Shown here piece after piece: positions 12,690 to 28,961 of a stretch of DNA of 64,000 bases. The notes beneath the pieces are model-generated. The model was given only the letters and a program-made list of their open reading frames with translations, was not told the DNA's origin and did no database searches. Origin of the DNA: Eledone cirrhosa (lineage: Eukaryota); assembly GCA_964016885.1 (NCBI GenBank), contig OZ024743.1, positions 70,556,001 to 70,620,000 of the forward strand. The letters are read 5' to 3'. The first letter of the stretch is position 1. Each line of letters opens with the position of its first letter. Position numbers and translations under genes: made by a program.

Positions 12690-13375
12690 TCTTCTTCTTC
12701 ACCCACTTATTTCTGAGAGGGTCGTGGGGGCAGAGTCCTTCTCAAACACTCCTTCCAGCAAGTCTGTCAGTAGCAAACATCTATAACTGATCCAGCTGGA
12801 TCCCAAAGCGTGATCAGCCAAGCTCATGGATGTTATCCAACTATCTTGCTCAGGGTCTACCTCTGGGTCTCTTGCCGGTTGGTTTTGCCTGTAAAATGTG
12901 TCCAGCCATTCTTTACTGAGACATTCTAACCACATGTTCATAATATCGGAGTTGTGATCTCTCAATTCGGAGAAGTGGCGGCTCTACCAGTTGTGACTCT
13001 CTGGTCTCTGAGTTATGCACTTTATCGAGTAACGTTACTCCAACGACTCTTCGGGGGAATCCCATTTCTGCCACTTTTATTTGCAATTGTATTCTTTTGG
13101 TCATTACTCAAGATTCATGATCCTCGGTAAGAGTTGGCAGGAATACCAGGAATACAGCGAGTTTGGCTTTTACACCTACCCCCATGTATCTGATTGCTGA
13201 ATGCTGAGGCTGGCGCTTTACTGCATCAGCTTTTGCAATTCTTGCATTTAATTCAGCCTCCTGCATTCCATCACTCATGAACACGGCTTCAAGATACTTA
13301 AACTTCTCTAACTGCTTCAGTAGAACTCCATTCACATGTATATAAATTTGAGGGACTTCTGTCCACCCGTCCATC
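12690..13375 (-). mobile_element. RTE-clade LINE 3' fragment with short (GAA)n tail
   Basis: IHVNGVLLKQLEKFKYL..ELNARIAKA; AEMGFPRRVVGVTLLDKV; IERSQLRYYEHVVRM; frameshifted. Confidence 0.8.
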
Positions 13376-13539
13376 ACGCAATGTGTATGTGTTTGTGTGA
13401 ATGTATGTGTGTGTAAAAGGAAGGAAAGGGATACACATATATATGTCTAACTTAAAAACAGTGACACACACACACGTGTCTCTAATTTAAGAACACCGAC
13501 AAATTCACGCACGCGTACATACACACACTGTCCTATTAC

Positions 13540-14187
13540 CACTCAAGAGCTTTGGCCCGGGCAAATATCTCCTCAATTTTGGAACCGTCTGGGTTGTCCT
13601 GAATTGATGGGAAAAGACTTGACGGTCTTTCTCTGTGCTCCTGGTCAAGAGGCAGGTGCCTTACCTGGGACGTCACAGTTAATGACTCTTTTGCTTCTTC
13701 CCGCATACTGGATGCAGCGGTAAGGGCGAAAGCTACAGCATCCGCAGCTGAACGGAACAAAATCCTAAAATACACCGTGTTCGGTATCCAGCCTGTGGCG
13801 TTCGAGACGTTTGGTGGAGTAGGGCTACTGACAGCGAGGTTCTTATCTTCACTGGCGGCTCGCCAAACAGAAGTAACTGGTGATGCTCGTGAGGGCACTT
13901 GGTTGTTCTAGCATCTCAGCCTCGCCACCCGACCAGGTAACGCTGCGAGCGTGCTGGCTTGCCTCAAAAATTATTAGAGAGGTCTCCCAGTGCTCCTCGC
14001 TATATTGCTATATTTTGCTCGTTTTTCCACTCTTTCGTCTGCATATTGTTTTGTGGTCTAAGATGTGTGTATTACCTGCTTATGTATTTGTTCTCTTTCT
14101 TTTCCCCCTTTACCTTCCCTTTGTATATATTATATTTGTTAGTGTTTTCGTTCTGTAACCATTATATTAAATGAGTTTTAAAAAAAG
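13540..14187 (+). mobile_element. CRE-clade non-LTR retrotransposon 3' remnant (restriction-like endonuclease)
   Basis: Own translation of the plus strand: LEPSGLS*IDGKRLDG..WSRGRCLTWDVTV..AERNKILKY..PVAFETFGGVG..GNAASVL; ends ATTAAA plus an A-run. Confidence 0.8.
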
Positions 14188-14279
14188 AGTTAATAAATAA
14201 ATAAAGAGTTAATAAATAAATAAAACGTTATACTTGTTTTACCCTCCCATCTCCAATTAAACCGAACGCTATCATGACT

Positions 14280-14585
14280 GCATGTGTGTGTTTGTGTAAA
14301 TATATATGTGTGACTGTATGTTTGTGTAAATGTATATGTGTGAATGGATGTATGTTTGTGTAAAGGTATATGTGTGAATGTATGTATATTTGTGTGAAAG
14401 TATGTGTGAATGTATGTATATTTGTGTGAAAGTATGTGTGAATGTATGTATGTTTTTGTCAAAGCGTGTGTGAATGTATGTATATTTGTGTGAAAGTATG
14501 TGTGAATGTATGTATGTTTTTGTCAAAGCGTGTGTGAATGTATGTATATTTGTGTGAAAGTATGTGTATTTGTGTGAATTATGTC
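14280..14585. repeat. Minisatellite, ~32 bp unit (GTGTGAATGTATGTATATTTGTGTGAAAGTAT)
   Basis: Visible tandem units. Confidence 0.85.
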
Positions 14586-14891
14586 CGTGAGAGTGTATTT
14601 TTATAGGTTTGTGTTTGCGCGATTATTATACTCATAATAGTTATATACACATACATATAGATGTATGTGCACACTCATATGCGTCAGCGTGTAGAAAGTC
14701 GTAATCTCTCTATCTCTCTCATTACACACTCTTTCTATATATATGGTAATTGAGGTGGTGGTGGTGGCGACGATATACCGGAAGTGCAACTTTGAAAAGA
14801 AGTCAATTTTAAATTATTTAATATTACGAAATTATTTGTTTACGAAATTTAGTAGATAACTTATGTAATATTCATTCATTATTTATGCAAA

Positions 14892-15398
14892 GGGCGGTGG
14901 ATTGGCAGAGGGACGGACGGTATGATTTGCAGCAAAGAGTTACGGCCCTTTATGGTCTGAGTTCAAATCCCGCCAGGGTTAACTTTGCCTCTCATCCTTA
15001 CGGAGTCGAGAAAATAAAGTACCAGTAATGCACTGAGATAATTCCTGGCCTTGTGCCAAAAGTAGAAACAATTATTTTTTCAATGGAATCCAACTTATTT
15101 TACTAACTGAATTAAAAGAAATAAACCGTACGCAGTCCCGCAAAACTTACTTTATTATAGTTTAGATAATCCTTACCGAGCCCTCTTCGGATTTTTCTCT
15201 TCACATTTGCGGTGGGTTGGCAGTATCAGTAGAGGGTTGGACGCCATGCTTTGACGCACAGAGTTACGTCCCTGTACGATCTGAGTTCAAATCCCGCCGA
15301 GGTTAACTTTGCCTTTCATCCTTACGGGGTCGATAAAATAAAGTACCAGTAATGTACTGGGTTAATTGGTGGCCTATTGCCAAAAGTAGAAACAATTA

Positions 15399-15485
<87 letters not shown>

Positions 15486-15727
15486 TTATATATATATATA
15501 TACGTATATATATATACGTATATGTATATATATATACATATAATAATTGTTTCTACTTTAGGGACAAGGCCAGCAATTACCAGTGCATTACTGGTACTTT
15601 ATTTTATCGACCCCGTAAGGATGAAAGGCAAAGTCAACCTCGGCGGGATTTGAACTCAGATCATAAAGGGACGAAACTATGCTGGAAAGCATGGCGTCCG
15701 ACCCTCTACCAATACTGCCAATCCACT
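14892..15727. mobile_element. Cluster of three SINE family 1 copies (14892-15075 +, 15208-15400 +, 15541-15727 -)
   Basis: Match to the family-1 consensus; the last two lie tail-to-tail around a (TA)n tract. Confidence 0.88.
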
Positions 15728-15879
15728 AATAATAAGGGTTGACGGACCCACCATATTTATCAATGCCAGTACCAGTTGTATGTCAGCGTACTCAATGAGC
15801 AATGTAAGATACATTACCAGAGTATACACATAGTTATATACCTCAACACAACACACGTAAAACGGGTGCCTATAAGGTT

Positions 15880-15989
15880 CCCGGACTCGAGTTTCTGCAG
15901 CACTAATGCAGCAGTAAGATGTACTGCACCATCTCTCTGCATATAATATGCAACAATGCACAATCGGGTTATGCTGCTTCATCAGCGGG
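15880..15989 (-). ncRNA. Type I hammerhead ribozyme with long stem II insertion, in a short element (15735-16020)
   Basis: CCCG CUGAUGA A GCAGCA...UGCUGC A GAAA CUCGAG UC CGGG; a degenerate copy lies at 25849-25961 (+). Confidence 0.8.
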
Positions 15990-16019
15990 TATCGCCTAAT
16001 CAATAACCAATCGATCGAC

Positions 16020-16070
<51 letters not shown>

Positions 16071-16131
16071 TATATATATGTCGTTTGCTTTGTTATTTCT
16101 GTTTGCCTTTTGCACACACACACACGCACAA

Positions 16132-16162
<31 letters not shown>

Positions 16163-16309
16163 TTTATGTGTGTGTGTGTGTGTGTGCAAAAGGCAAACAG
16201 AAATAACAAAGCAAACGACACAATGTGTGTATGTGAGTGTGTGTGTGTGTGTGTGTTTCTGTGTGTGTATTTGCATATGTAAATACAACTATATAACAAT
16301 ATATCTATA

Positions 16310-16417
<108 letters not shown>

Positions 16418-16483
16418 CATATATATACATATACATACATATACATGTACATATATACATATACATATACATATATATATCTA

Positions 16484-16586
<103 letters not shown>

Positions 16587-16830
16587 ATATATATATATAG
16601 CACACATGAATATTATGTACAGTAGGGAATTTTTCAACAAACTTTCAACATCAAAAGAGTATATCGAATTTTTGGTGAATTTGAAACAAGAATGTTTTAA
16701 ATCACCAGCGACAGACGTCAGCCATTTCACCGGAAGTACTGAATTAAGTAATTACATAGGCTATAATAGAAGACGTCAGACTGTGTGTCTGTGTGTGTGT
16801 GTGTGTGTGCATATATGTATGCATATAAAT

Positions 16831-17068
<238 letters not shown>

Positions 17069-17069
17069 T

Positions 17070-17100
<31 letters not shown>

Positions 17101-17649
17101 TACACACACATATATGTTAGTTAAGTGTGTAATATATGTTTCTACATACGCTGCAAAACTGATTTCGGCTCTTATAAATATGTTTATACATGTAACAAAT
17201 ATACCCATTTATACATACATACATTTATACATACATACATTACACATATACACATATGCACACACATACATGACACACATACACATCAGCATACGTACAT
17301 GCATCATACGTACGTAATACATACATACGTCATACATACATACATATATACATACATTCATACATACATACATTCATACATACATACATACATACATAAT
17401 ACATACATACATAATACATACATAATACATACATACATTCTAACATACATACATACGTACACAATACATACATACATCATACATACATGCATATATACAA
17501 ACATTCTCACATACATACATACATCTTACATACATACATGCATACATGCATACATGCATACAAGCATACATACATACATACAAGCATACATACATACATA
17601 CATACACACATACATACATACATACATACATACATTAACAAAATTAACA

Positions 17650-18155
17650 ACAGACGAGGAAGAATTTTTGAGACAGATGGCACTAAGGAATACTGGTGGA
17701 ACCTGAAAATAAAATCTACCACCAAATTAAAGCACAACCCGCCTGATATTGTTGTTTGGGACCACACATTGAAAACGTGTTCTGTTGTGGAGATCAGCTG
17801 CCCACTTGATGTAAACGTTGTCAGAAAAATACAGGAGAAGGAGGACATCTACGGACCATTGATGAGGAGTTTACAAATCCAGTATCCAAGATACACCTTT
17901 AGCTTCATACCCATCATTATTGGGGCTACGGGTTATATACCAACCCGCTTGGACCAAAGTATGACTGAACTTGGATTTGCGGACAAAAAGCGCAGCTCCC
18001 TAATTCATAGTCTACAAATGGCTGCGATAGCTGGCACCTTCAAAATTTGCAAAACATTCTTGCGATTCAAGGGATGACAATTTCTTTTATTTTAAAACTT
18101 TGCCACCAGGAAGGTGGCCGGTCAAAAAAAATATACTCGAAATTAAGAGAGAGAG
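17650..18155 (+). mobile_element. R4/Dong-like non-LTR retrotransposon 3' remnant (restriction-like endonuclease), embedded in (CATA)n
   Basis: YWWN..LKHNPPDIVVWD..VVEISCPLD.NV..K..EK..IY..IPIIIGATG; stop at 18077. Confidence 0.8.
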
Positions 18156-18254
18156 ATAACACATACATACATACATACATACATGATGGCTGCCCCCTCG
18201 TTGTCGAGTATGGCCATTGTCCGGAAAAAAAAACATAATAACGACACTAATAAT

Positions 18255-18447
18255 AATAATTGTTTCTACTTTTGGCACAAGACCAGCAATACCCAGTGTA
18301 TTACTGGTACTTTATTTTATCGACGCCGTAAGGAAGAAAGGCAAAGTTAACCTTGGCGGGATTTGAACTCAGAATGGCAAGGGCCGTAACTCTATGCGTC
18401 AAAGCATGACGTCCGACCCTCTACCAATACTGCCAATCCACCGCCCT
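18255..18447 (-). mobile_element. SINE family 1 copy
   Basis: Reverse complement of consensus with (ATT)n tail. Confidence 0.88.
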
Positions 18448-18466
18448 TAATAATAATAATAATAAT

Positions 18467-21400
18467 GATTTCATTTATTGGCCACAATGGCCGACATATA
18501 GGGGACAATACAAAAGACTGGGACAGTGGGGTTTTACAGAAAAATCGAGTAAACAATATGAATAAACAAAGTAACAATAAAGTAACAAGAAAATTACAAC
18601 AAGAAAACATTCCCCAATAGGGGGGATGACCACCTAGGGTTCGCTCAGGTACCCCACCAGTCCTGAACGACCCGACGCTTCGAGAGAACCCTGGAAGGGC
18701 ACCCCTCTCCTCTTCAAATTTACCTACCTACAGCCGCATGACCAGAGTAGGTCCACTCACACGGGCCATTCTCGCCACATTCACCCACCTTTCAGCAAAT
18801 GTACTGGGGGGCAGCACTTCTCTCTCCACCCTCACCTTCCTTTCCAAGTGAAACTTGAAAAAGTTGATGAGGGATTGGCCGAAGAGAAAAGTGTCTGTCT
18901 TCACTCCTTTCAACCTCGTCCATCATACAACCTCTTTCGCTACTGCCACCAGACAGAGGGAAATTACCTGCCCTTCCTGGCCAAAAGAAGGCGGCGGGTC
19001 GATCTTCACTATGGACTCGGCCGATAGCCGGATCCGTTCTACACGCGACAACAGCTGTTCAACATAACTCCACAAGTCAGTAATGCACGGACACTGGACG
19101 AGTGCGTGCAGAACGGTTTCGTCGCTCTGCGCGCATCTCGGGCAGGTCCGTCTGACAGCACTTCCTTCCATGTAGAATTTATCTCGAACCGGTAGTGCCC
19201 CCCGGTAGCACTGCCAAGCGAGGGATTTTTGGAAATTATCCATCGTCCCCGGCTCGAAAGTCCTCCGGTACAGACTGGTTAGTTCGACTTCGTTGACTCC
19301 CAGAGCCTCTCCGAGTGCGTCGTCGCACTTGCCCACCACTAATCCTCTATAGAACTCGAGAGTGGAAGTTCCACTGACCGCATTGCCCGCCTGGTAGAGG
19401 GCAGTGAGTGCCTGGCAACATTCCAGATGCCAGTCACCCAGTCTCGGTCTCTTCTTGACCCAGGACTGCAACTCAGTCAAAGAAACGAGCTGCGGAAAGG
19501 CCCGTCTGACAAACGGCGACCACACCTGTTCACCGTTTAGGCCGAATATCTGGAGATGCCGCAGGCTCAGCGCGTGCCTGCGCATCATTAGCCACGGCAT
19601 GCCCAGCCCTCCACGTAGAGGGTGCTGGCAGCAGATGGACCGCCTCACCAGCGGAACCTGACCCCTCCACAAGAATTTGAAGAGGAGCCGCTCCAAGATG
19701 GCGAGGCGCGAACGGGGGCAAGGGACGACAGTCAGACGGTAGTAGATGGCGGACGCGATGTACGCGTTCGCCACCTCCGCCCGACCTTTCAGTGATAGCT
19801 TCATCCCAGCCCATTTCTGGGTGAGACTGACTACCCTGCCCGTCACCTCGTCCAAATTCTTATCCACCTGGAGGTCTGACCCGAACCAAACCCCTAGCAA
19901 CTTTACCGGTCCGTCCGTCCAGCGCCTAACGACGCTGTTGGACGGCATGGACTTTCCTCTCCAGGTGCCGAGTTGCAAGCCTACTGACTTTTCCGGGTTA
20001 AGTTTTGCTCCTGTCAACCTTTCATATTCCTCCAATAAGTTGCCGACCACCTCGATTTCTGAGGTGTCCGACACCATCACGGTGTCCGCATAAGCCTACA
20101 CAGCCTTTCCGCGTCCCGGTTCGAGCGGGATGCCCTGCAACATCTCCAGCTTCCGCAGTAAAGGCTCGAGAGTCAATACGTACAGAAGGGAGGAGAGAGG
20201 GCACCCTTGACGGACCGATCGGGAGATCTGAAACGGTTCCGAGAGGTGGCCATTACTTTTTACCATCGAGCAGGTGCCGCTGTGCATTACAGCGATCCAG
20301 CTTCTGAAGACGGGGCCGAAGCCAGCCGCCTTGAGGACAGCCTCCAGGTACCGATGGTCGACCCTATCGAATGCTTTCGATTGATCTAAATTGATCAGAG
20401 CCCCACCGAAGCCAGGTTTACACCCTACCCTCTCTATCATGTATCGCATTAGGTGGAGGTTGTCGTGTATGGACCTGGTTGGGGTTGCGCAAGTTTGCGC
20501 CTCCCCAACCAAATCCCCGACGACAAGCGCCAACCTCTTTGCTAACACCCTGGCCAAAATCTTAAACTCTGTGTTGAGCAGAGTTATGGGCCTGAAATTG
20601 TCTAATGTGTCCCTCTTGTTCTCGTCTTTCCTTATCAGCGTCACTACGCCCCGGCTCACAGAACTGGGAATACTCCCGTTTTGCTGCCAGTTGCAGTAGA
20701 GCGCTTCGAGGAGATTGGAGAACAAGTCTGGCATATTTACGTAAAGCTCGTAGGGAAGACCATCCAAACCGGGTGACTTGCGCCTCATGCAGCCTACAAG
20801 GGCATCCTGAATCTCGGCTGAAGTAATTGGCCTTTCGCAGCGCCCAGCGTCAGCCGTCGAGAGTTGCGGCAAGCCTTCGAGGTAGGGACTGAAGTCCGCC
20901 ACCATCTCTGACCCGCCACTTCCCCCGAACAACCGAGCAAAATGTTGGCGAAAGGCCTCACACATCCTCTTAGAATCGCTCAGCTCGAGCCCGTCTCGGT
21001 CCGTCAAAGACCGAATCGTGGTTTTATTACCACGCTGCGCCTCTGCCACGCGGGCCCATCGAACAGCTTTGGTTCCTTCGTTTCTCAGAGCACGCGCCTT
21101 AGCTCTGACAATGCAACCTTCGTGTTTCGCATTGAAAAAATGGTCTAATGTCATTCTCGCCGCTAGCACATCAGTTGCAATGCCACTACCAATAGCCTCG
21201 TCTAACTTATCTACCAACTCTCCCTCCTTTCTATTTTTCTCTAATGCTACTTCTTTGCTAAACTCTATCGACATTACTCTAATCTCTCTTTTGAGAGCCC
21301 CCCACCATCTATTGTTGACGACTCACCTGTCAACTTTTTCTTAACTAAATTGTTGACCTGGTCCCTGTAAGCCTTACGTGCCGGAAATGACATGTTTAGC

Positions 21401-22683
21401 TTCCGTTAACCAGGTCCTAACCTACGCGTCTTATCTAGGTCGACCATACAGATCACAAACTTGTGATCTGAATAGGCGACCGTTTCAAAACCTGGACAGC
21501 TTACACTATTTCTGTCTATTTTCCTAATGAATATCCTGTCTATATACCATCTAGATGACCCTATGCGGTTAGCCCTGGTCCACACTGGCGCATTAGGGAA
21601 ATCTAGTCGGCACCCCCGCTCCTATCGGATACTCCCACACAGTCCCAGCGTGCGTCTAAGATGCCGTTCCAGTCCCCCGCTAACAGTAAATGGCGAGACG
21701 TACCCAGAAAGGCTTCCTGGCGTCTAAAGAAGTCCGGCCGTCCTGCCCCAGTAGGAGCATAGACGGCCACCAGTCTAAAGGCACCACCTTCATTATTGTT
21801 CACGTCCAGGACCACCAACTTCCCGTCCGGGTCCCGGAAGATCGACCTTACCTCGAGATCCAGGCCTTTCCTAAACAGCACTGCCACCCCGCCTCCCATC
21901 CCCGGCTGGCTAACAGATGCAAAGATCTGATAGTGGTCGAAAATGGGGGCTAGAGCGCGCGTGTCAGAAATCCTTGTCTCGCTGACTGCAATTACATCCA
22001 TTTCTATAGACCTGAGGTCGTTGAGCAGGTGACCCTGCTTCCAGGACGATCCCAGGCCTCGAACATTTAAACATCCTACTCTTAATACGGCCATGTTGGC
22101 AGGTTAAACAGAGAGAGAGGAAGGTTTACTTACCTTCCGGGCTCTTGTGAAGGCCGGGTTGTTCGACCTCCATAGTTAGTGGGGTTTCTTTTGGGAACCC
22201 CTTTAAAAGTCTTGTAGTGGGTTTTACGTTCGGGGTTCCCACGTCCTGAGGAAAGCTGTCTCGTATTTCTTTGAATATGTCGAGCGACATTCGCACCAGA
22301 ACCAAATCTTCCGGCACGCGAAATGTGCTCGATTTAAACATTTCCCCCTCTTTTTGTATATTTTCGCTTCGTGCTACGAGGGCCATCAGTTCCTTGTTGG
22401 CCCTCCTGACGAGCACGAGGTTTTGTATGTTTTGTTGGTGTGATTTTATTTGTTTGCTTGGCTGTGGTGGTGATGGTTTTGGTGGTGTTGTTTCGGTTGT
22501 ATCTGTGTTTGTTGTGAGTGCGATGTCTGTGGTTTCAGATGTTTGTGTGTATATTTGTTCTTGCGTCTGTTTCGGTTATTCCACTGACCACGCTCTCCAA
22601 TACGCCTTAAGTTTCTTTTCCCGGCTCACCGGTCCACCTTTTTACATTAATCCAGCCAGGGTAGATAATCCATGCACCAGCTA
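18467..22683 (-). mobile_element. Tx1-type LINE, near full length but disrupted; (ATT)n at the 3' end
   Basis: ORF1 end 22126-22416; ORF2 pieces 21603-22094, 20096-21274, 18923-20080 and 18728-18913 are homologous to 5788-9225; stop and deletion at the YADD motif (AV*AYAD-T); 3' end GTGGCCAATAAATGAAATC(ATT)n. Confidence 0.92.
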
Positions 22684-22687
22684 TCTA

Positions 22688-22880
22688 ATAATAACTGTTT
22701 CTACGTTTGGCACAAGGCCAGCAATTACCCAGTGCATTACTGGTACTTTATTTTATCGACCCCGTAAGGATGAGAGGCAAAGTTAACCTCGGCGAGATTT
22801 GAACTCAGAATGGCAAGGGCCGTAACTCTATACGTCAAAGCATGGCGTCCGACCCTCTACCGATACTGCCAATCTACCAT
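22688..22880 (-). mobile_element. SINE family 1 copy (older diverged relatives at 22920-23020 and 23330-23462)
   Basis: Reverse complement of consensus. Confidence 0.85.
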
Positions 22881-23778
22881 TGTGTACAGTGCTCCGGTGC
22901 ACTACAACTCATCCATCAAAGTCAAAGTTGACCGAGGTTGGGTTTGAATTCAGACCATAGAAATTAATAACTAAATGCCAGAAAGCATTTAGTCAGATGC
23001 TCTACCAATTCTGCCAATCCATCACGTATGTATAGACCCGCAATAAATGATGGAGTTGTAGCTGCCCCGTGGAGATATACAGCGTCGGGGGTATTTTAAA
23101 CCTGGCAGGGCCCATCGTATCCCTCGAGATCTGAACACAACCGATGTTTTCCTTTTCCAGAGAAAGAAGACGGAGTGAGAGTCTGGGAGCACAGAAGAAG
23201 AAGACGGCGACGGCGACGACGGCGACGAAGAAGGACGACAACAACAACAGCAGCAGCAGCAGCAGGGAAAGGAGGAGGAGGTGAGAAAGAAATATAGAGG
23301 AAGAATCGTTCCAAATGCTAGATTGGTTCTATATTTATCGATTTCGAAAGGTTGAAAAACAAATTTGACCTGGGCCGGATTTGAACCCGGAGTGGTGAGA
23401 GTCTGAACAAACGCCGTAAATCATTCTATCAGACGTTCTAACGTGTCCGCCACTTCGCCGCCTCTATTATATACGGCCGTTACTTTAATCAAAATAACAA
23501 ATCTATAATAATGAGTGTGTGTGAGTGCGTTTATATATGTGTGTGTGTGAGAGTGTATATGTATTTCAGTAAGTGTGTACGTCTGTGTATATGGGTATGC
23601 TTGAGCGTCAGTGGGTCTATCATAATATACGTGTGTGTGTGTGTCTGTGTGTGTGTGTGAGTGTGGGTTGGTGAGTGTGTGTGGGTGTATGTCTGTGAGA
23701 GTGTATATGTGTTTCAGTAAGTGTGTGTACGTCTGTATATATGGGTATGCTTGAGCGTCAGTGTGTCTGTCATATTAT

Positions 23779-23817
<39 letters not shown>

Positions 23818-23993
23818 AATAAAAGATTTTCTTTCTGTGAGTGTGTCTGTATAATCTGTATATGTGAGTATTTGCATGTGTGTGTGTATATATGTACACA
23901 TACACACACATAATCACACACATAAACAAACACACACACACACATACACACACACACACATACACACACAGACACACACAGACACACACATAC

Positions 23994-24064
<71 letters not shown>

Positions 24065-24995
24065 AATATATATACATTTGCATGTGGGGAAGTTGCTTGT
24101 ATATACGAGTTTGTGTATATGTGTATAGGATTCTGTATACATGTGTGTATATGACTGTATGTGTATGCATGTTTGTGTATGCATGTATGTGTATGCATGC
24201 ATGCATCTATGTATATGAATATGTGTATTACATGCGTGTATATATATGAGTATATGTATGTATGAGTATATAAGCATGCGTGTATATGCCTATGTGTGTT
24301 TTCATGTGTATATATGGATGTGTGTATATAGATGCACATATATGCATGTATACGTGAATACTTATGTGTGAATATGTATATATGCATGTATATATATATA
24401 TATGCATACGTGTATATACATATGTATATGTGCACATGTATGTATATAAATGTGTGTATATGCACATGTGTGTATATGCACATGTGTGTACTTACATGTG
24501 TATATACGGACATGTGTGAATATACATGTGTATATACGCACATGTGTGAATATACATGTGTATATACGTACACGTGTGCACATACATGTGTGTTTGAATG
24601 TGGTAATTGTAGTTTTATAATTTATAGTCGATAGTTTATATGTTTCAGGAGAGAAATATTTTGACATTTTAATTCCAGATATCTTTTTATTGTGAGACAG
24701 CCACAAGAGGGCGGTGTTGCATATTAACAATTGCCTCGTTTTGCATTTAACATTCGTTTATAGAATTTATTATACACAAACTCAAACACAAACACACATT
24801 GATGCATATATACACCAATTTTCATGCATCTACACATACATATAAATAGACCATACACACATATGCATACATATACTAATATAAACATAAACTCATGCAT
24901 TTATGCATACATTTATTTATAACCTACACACGCATATGCACATGTATACACATATATATTCATGCGTCTACATACGCACATAAAACACACTCATG

Positions 24996-25078
<83 letters not shown>

Positions 25079-26104
25079 CGTGTGTATTTTTTATTACACA
25101 CGTTAATGCCATTATTGGCTACTACAAATATACAATAGAGAACACATACACGTACATACGGTTGAACACATACAGCAGGGAAAAGCTGACGTAAAATGAT
25201 GATGATGATGATGATGATACGACCATATTAATCATAGAGTTAACTAAGATGAAGACAGGGTGTCCCGACACACTATTACATACACCCTAGAGCACCAATA
25301 ATATTTTTTTTTATTGTGGTTTGTTTAATATACACCCCAATACCTGTTCTATCTTTCTCTCTCACTCACCTATTGAATCGTACAAGTTGTGAAATCGTCG
25401 GTTTCCGCACGTGGTTGGTCGAAATATCCCGAACTCGAATTCTAACCAGCGCACGAATTCTATATCGCTGTCTAATTGCCTGTTGGCATTTAATGTCCGG
25501 AAAGATTTTAGACAGTACCATTGTTACTGTCGCACCGTTTTCTCCATGGTACCATTTTATTGTACAACGATTCGAGACAGATTTTCTTTAATTTTTTCAC
25601 TCACTTTTCAAATTGTATTTGAAATGAGATATGTTGGTGAGTCCTTATGGAGGGGTCGAAGCATAGAATCCCGGCTCTTAGCCATCACGTAAATTTCTGA
25701 ACCAGTGGCCAATCGGTTGACTGTATTTTGATGACGCTTAGGGATTTTGGTTACTAATGTACTACCGTGTCGCCTGTCGAACTTATTGCTATAGGCAGCA
25801 CGGTCTGGAATCGAATACTGTCGATCGATTGGTTATTGATTAGGCGAGACCCGCCGATGAAGCCACATGTGCCGATTATGCATTATTTCATAATAAATGC
25901 AGACAGTAGATACTGTACGCTCTCTTTGTGCATTAAGTGGGGCCAAAACTCGAGTACGGGTATAGAATTATGGTACACATTTATTTGTGTTGTATTGAGG
26001 CAAATAACTTTCTGTCTACTCTGGTAATTTTATATAACCTTACCTATTGAGTCTGCTGAGACGCTACCGGTACTAGCAAGGAAACTTATGTTAGTCCCAA
26101 CAAG

Positions 26105-26286
26105 TTGGCAGTAGCAGTAGAAGGTCGGACGCCATGCTTGCATCATAGAGTTACGCCCCTTTAGTCTGCGTTCAAATACCGCCGAGGTTCACTTTGCCTT
26201 TCATCCTTACGGGGTCGATAAAATAAAGTACCAGTAATGTACTGGGATAATTGCTGTTCTTGTGCCAAAAGTAGAAAAAACAATTA
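26105..26286 (+). mobile_element. SINE family 1 copy
   Basis: Matches consensus. Confidence 0.85.
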
Positions 26287-26818
26287 TATATATATATATA
26301 CACAGAGGTATCCACTGTAAGTTGTGGGGTCTATTCTGTATGAAGAACTTTATATTATATATTCAAAATCTGAGCAGGTGTGACATGGAAAGATATAGGA
26401 CAAACACGAACACGAACATGAGCTATTTGCTGAAGATCACAGTTGTTTCGGTTCTTGAGAAACAGTATCATTCTTCCCATTGCACCAGTGATAGCAACAC
26501 AAGAGGTGACTGCAACATGGAAAAATACAATATAACGAGGTTTTTTCAGATAAACATTATAGAACGTATACGTATAAAACAGAATGCTTCACAATGAAAC
26601 AGAAGGGTGTGACAACGTGTTAGGGTGGGAATTTACCCAACAGGAAATTGAGAGCACAATACATGAATAAGTGATTTCGTACGTTAGTCTAGTGAAGTGG
26701 ATACTTGTTGTCTGCTGGCATACCAGGAAAGAGTGAGCAACCGAAACTGCACCAATGTGTATACAAATATGCACATTCTTAATATGTAGGTATATAAGCT
26801 TGTATATATATATATATA

Positions 26819-27410
26819 TGGTGCTACTGGCAACATGTATCCCAGTACAACCTATCATGGTCGGGTCGTTGGCGACTAAACTGGCAACCTAACCAAGGTT
26901 TCGAGGTGAGGAGGGTGACTTTGGACCTCCTGCAGGACTAAAAAGAAAACCTGTCAAAGGGCAAAGGAGCTCTTAAGAGTCAATGGCCATCCAAAATCAC
27001 CGGGAGAGATGACCCCTTAGCCTTTGTCAAGGCAGAATTCTAGGAGAAGGAAAACTCTGATATAGCACCTGCAACCCTGATGGTATCCAATGATGTTGAC
27101 TTGTTCTTCTTTTTGGTAAATATCACCTTGGTTAAGAGAGTGGGACTGGCTTTGTGCAGTGCCTTTGCTCACTATAAAAGCTTCACGGCACAGGCATTGC
27201 TTATAACTGGAGATCTCTCTGCACTTGTCATCACAGGTTACAATGGGCCCAGCACTATGTGTCAATAATTGTCACAAGTGTAGTGTTTGTACCAGAGTTT
27301 TCAAGTGGCTGGCTGGACTAAAAAGTTACACTCGTTCAGCGCTTCGGTAGGGGTTCTCCTACATGGATATAAAGTAGTGGCCGTACTCGAAAACGAGTTG
27401 GCAGCCACCA
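26819..27410 (+). mobile_element. ~600 bp non-coding RTE-derived retroposon (second copy at 56620-57230)
   Basis: Near-identical to the reverse complement of 56620-57230; contains TAGGAGAAGGAAAACTCT; 3' end resembles the RTE tail at 54670-54712. Confidence 0.75.
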
Positions 27411-27428
27411 AATATATATATATATATA

Positions 27429-27567
<139 letters not shown>

Positions 27568-27579
27568 GTATATATAGAC

Positions 27580-28959
<1,380 letters not shown>

Positions 28960-28961
28960 TT

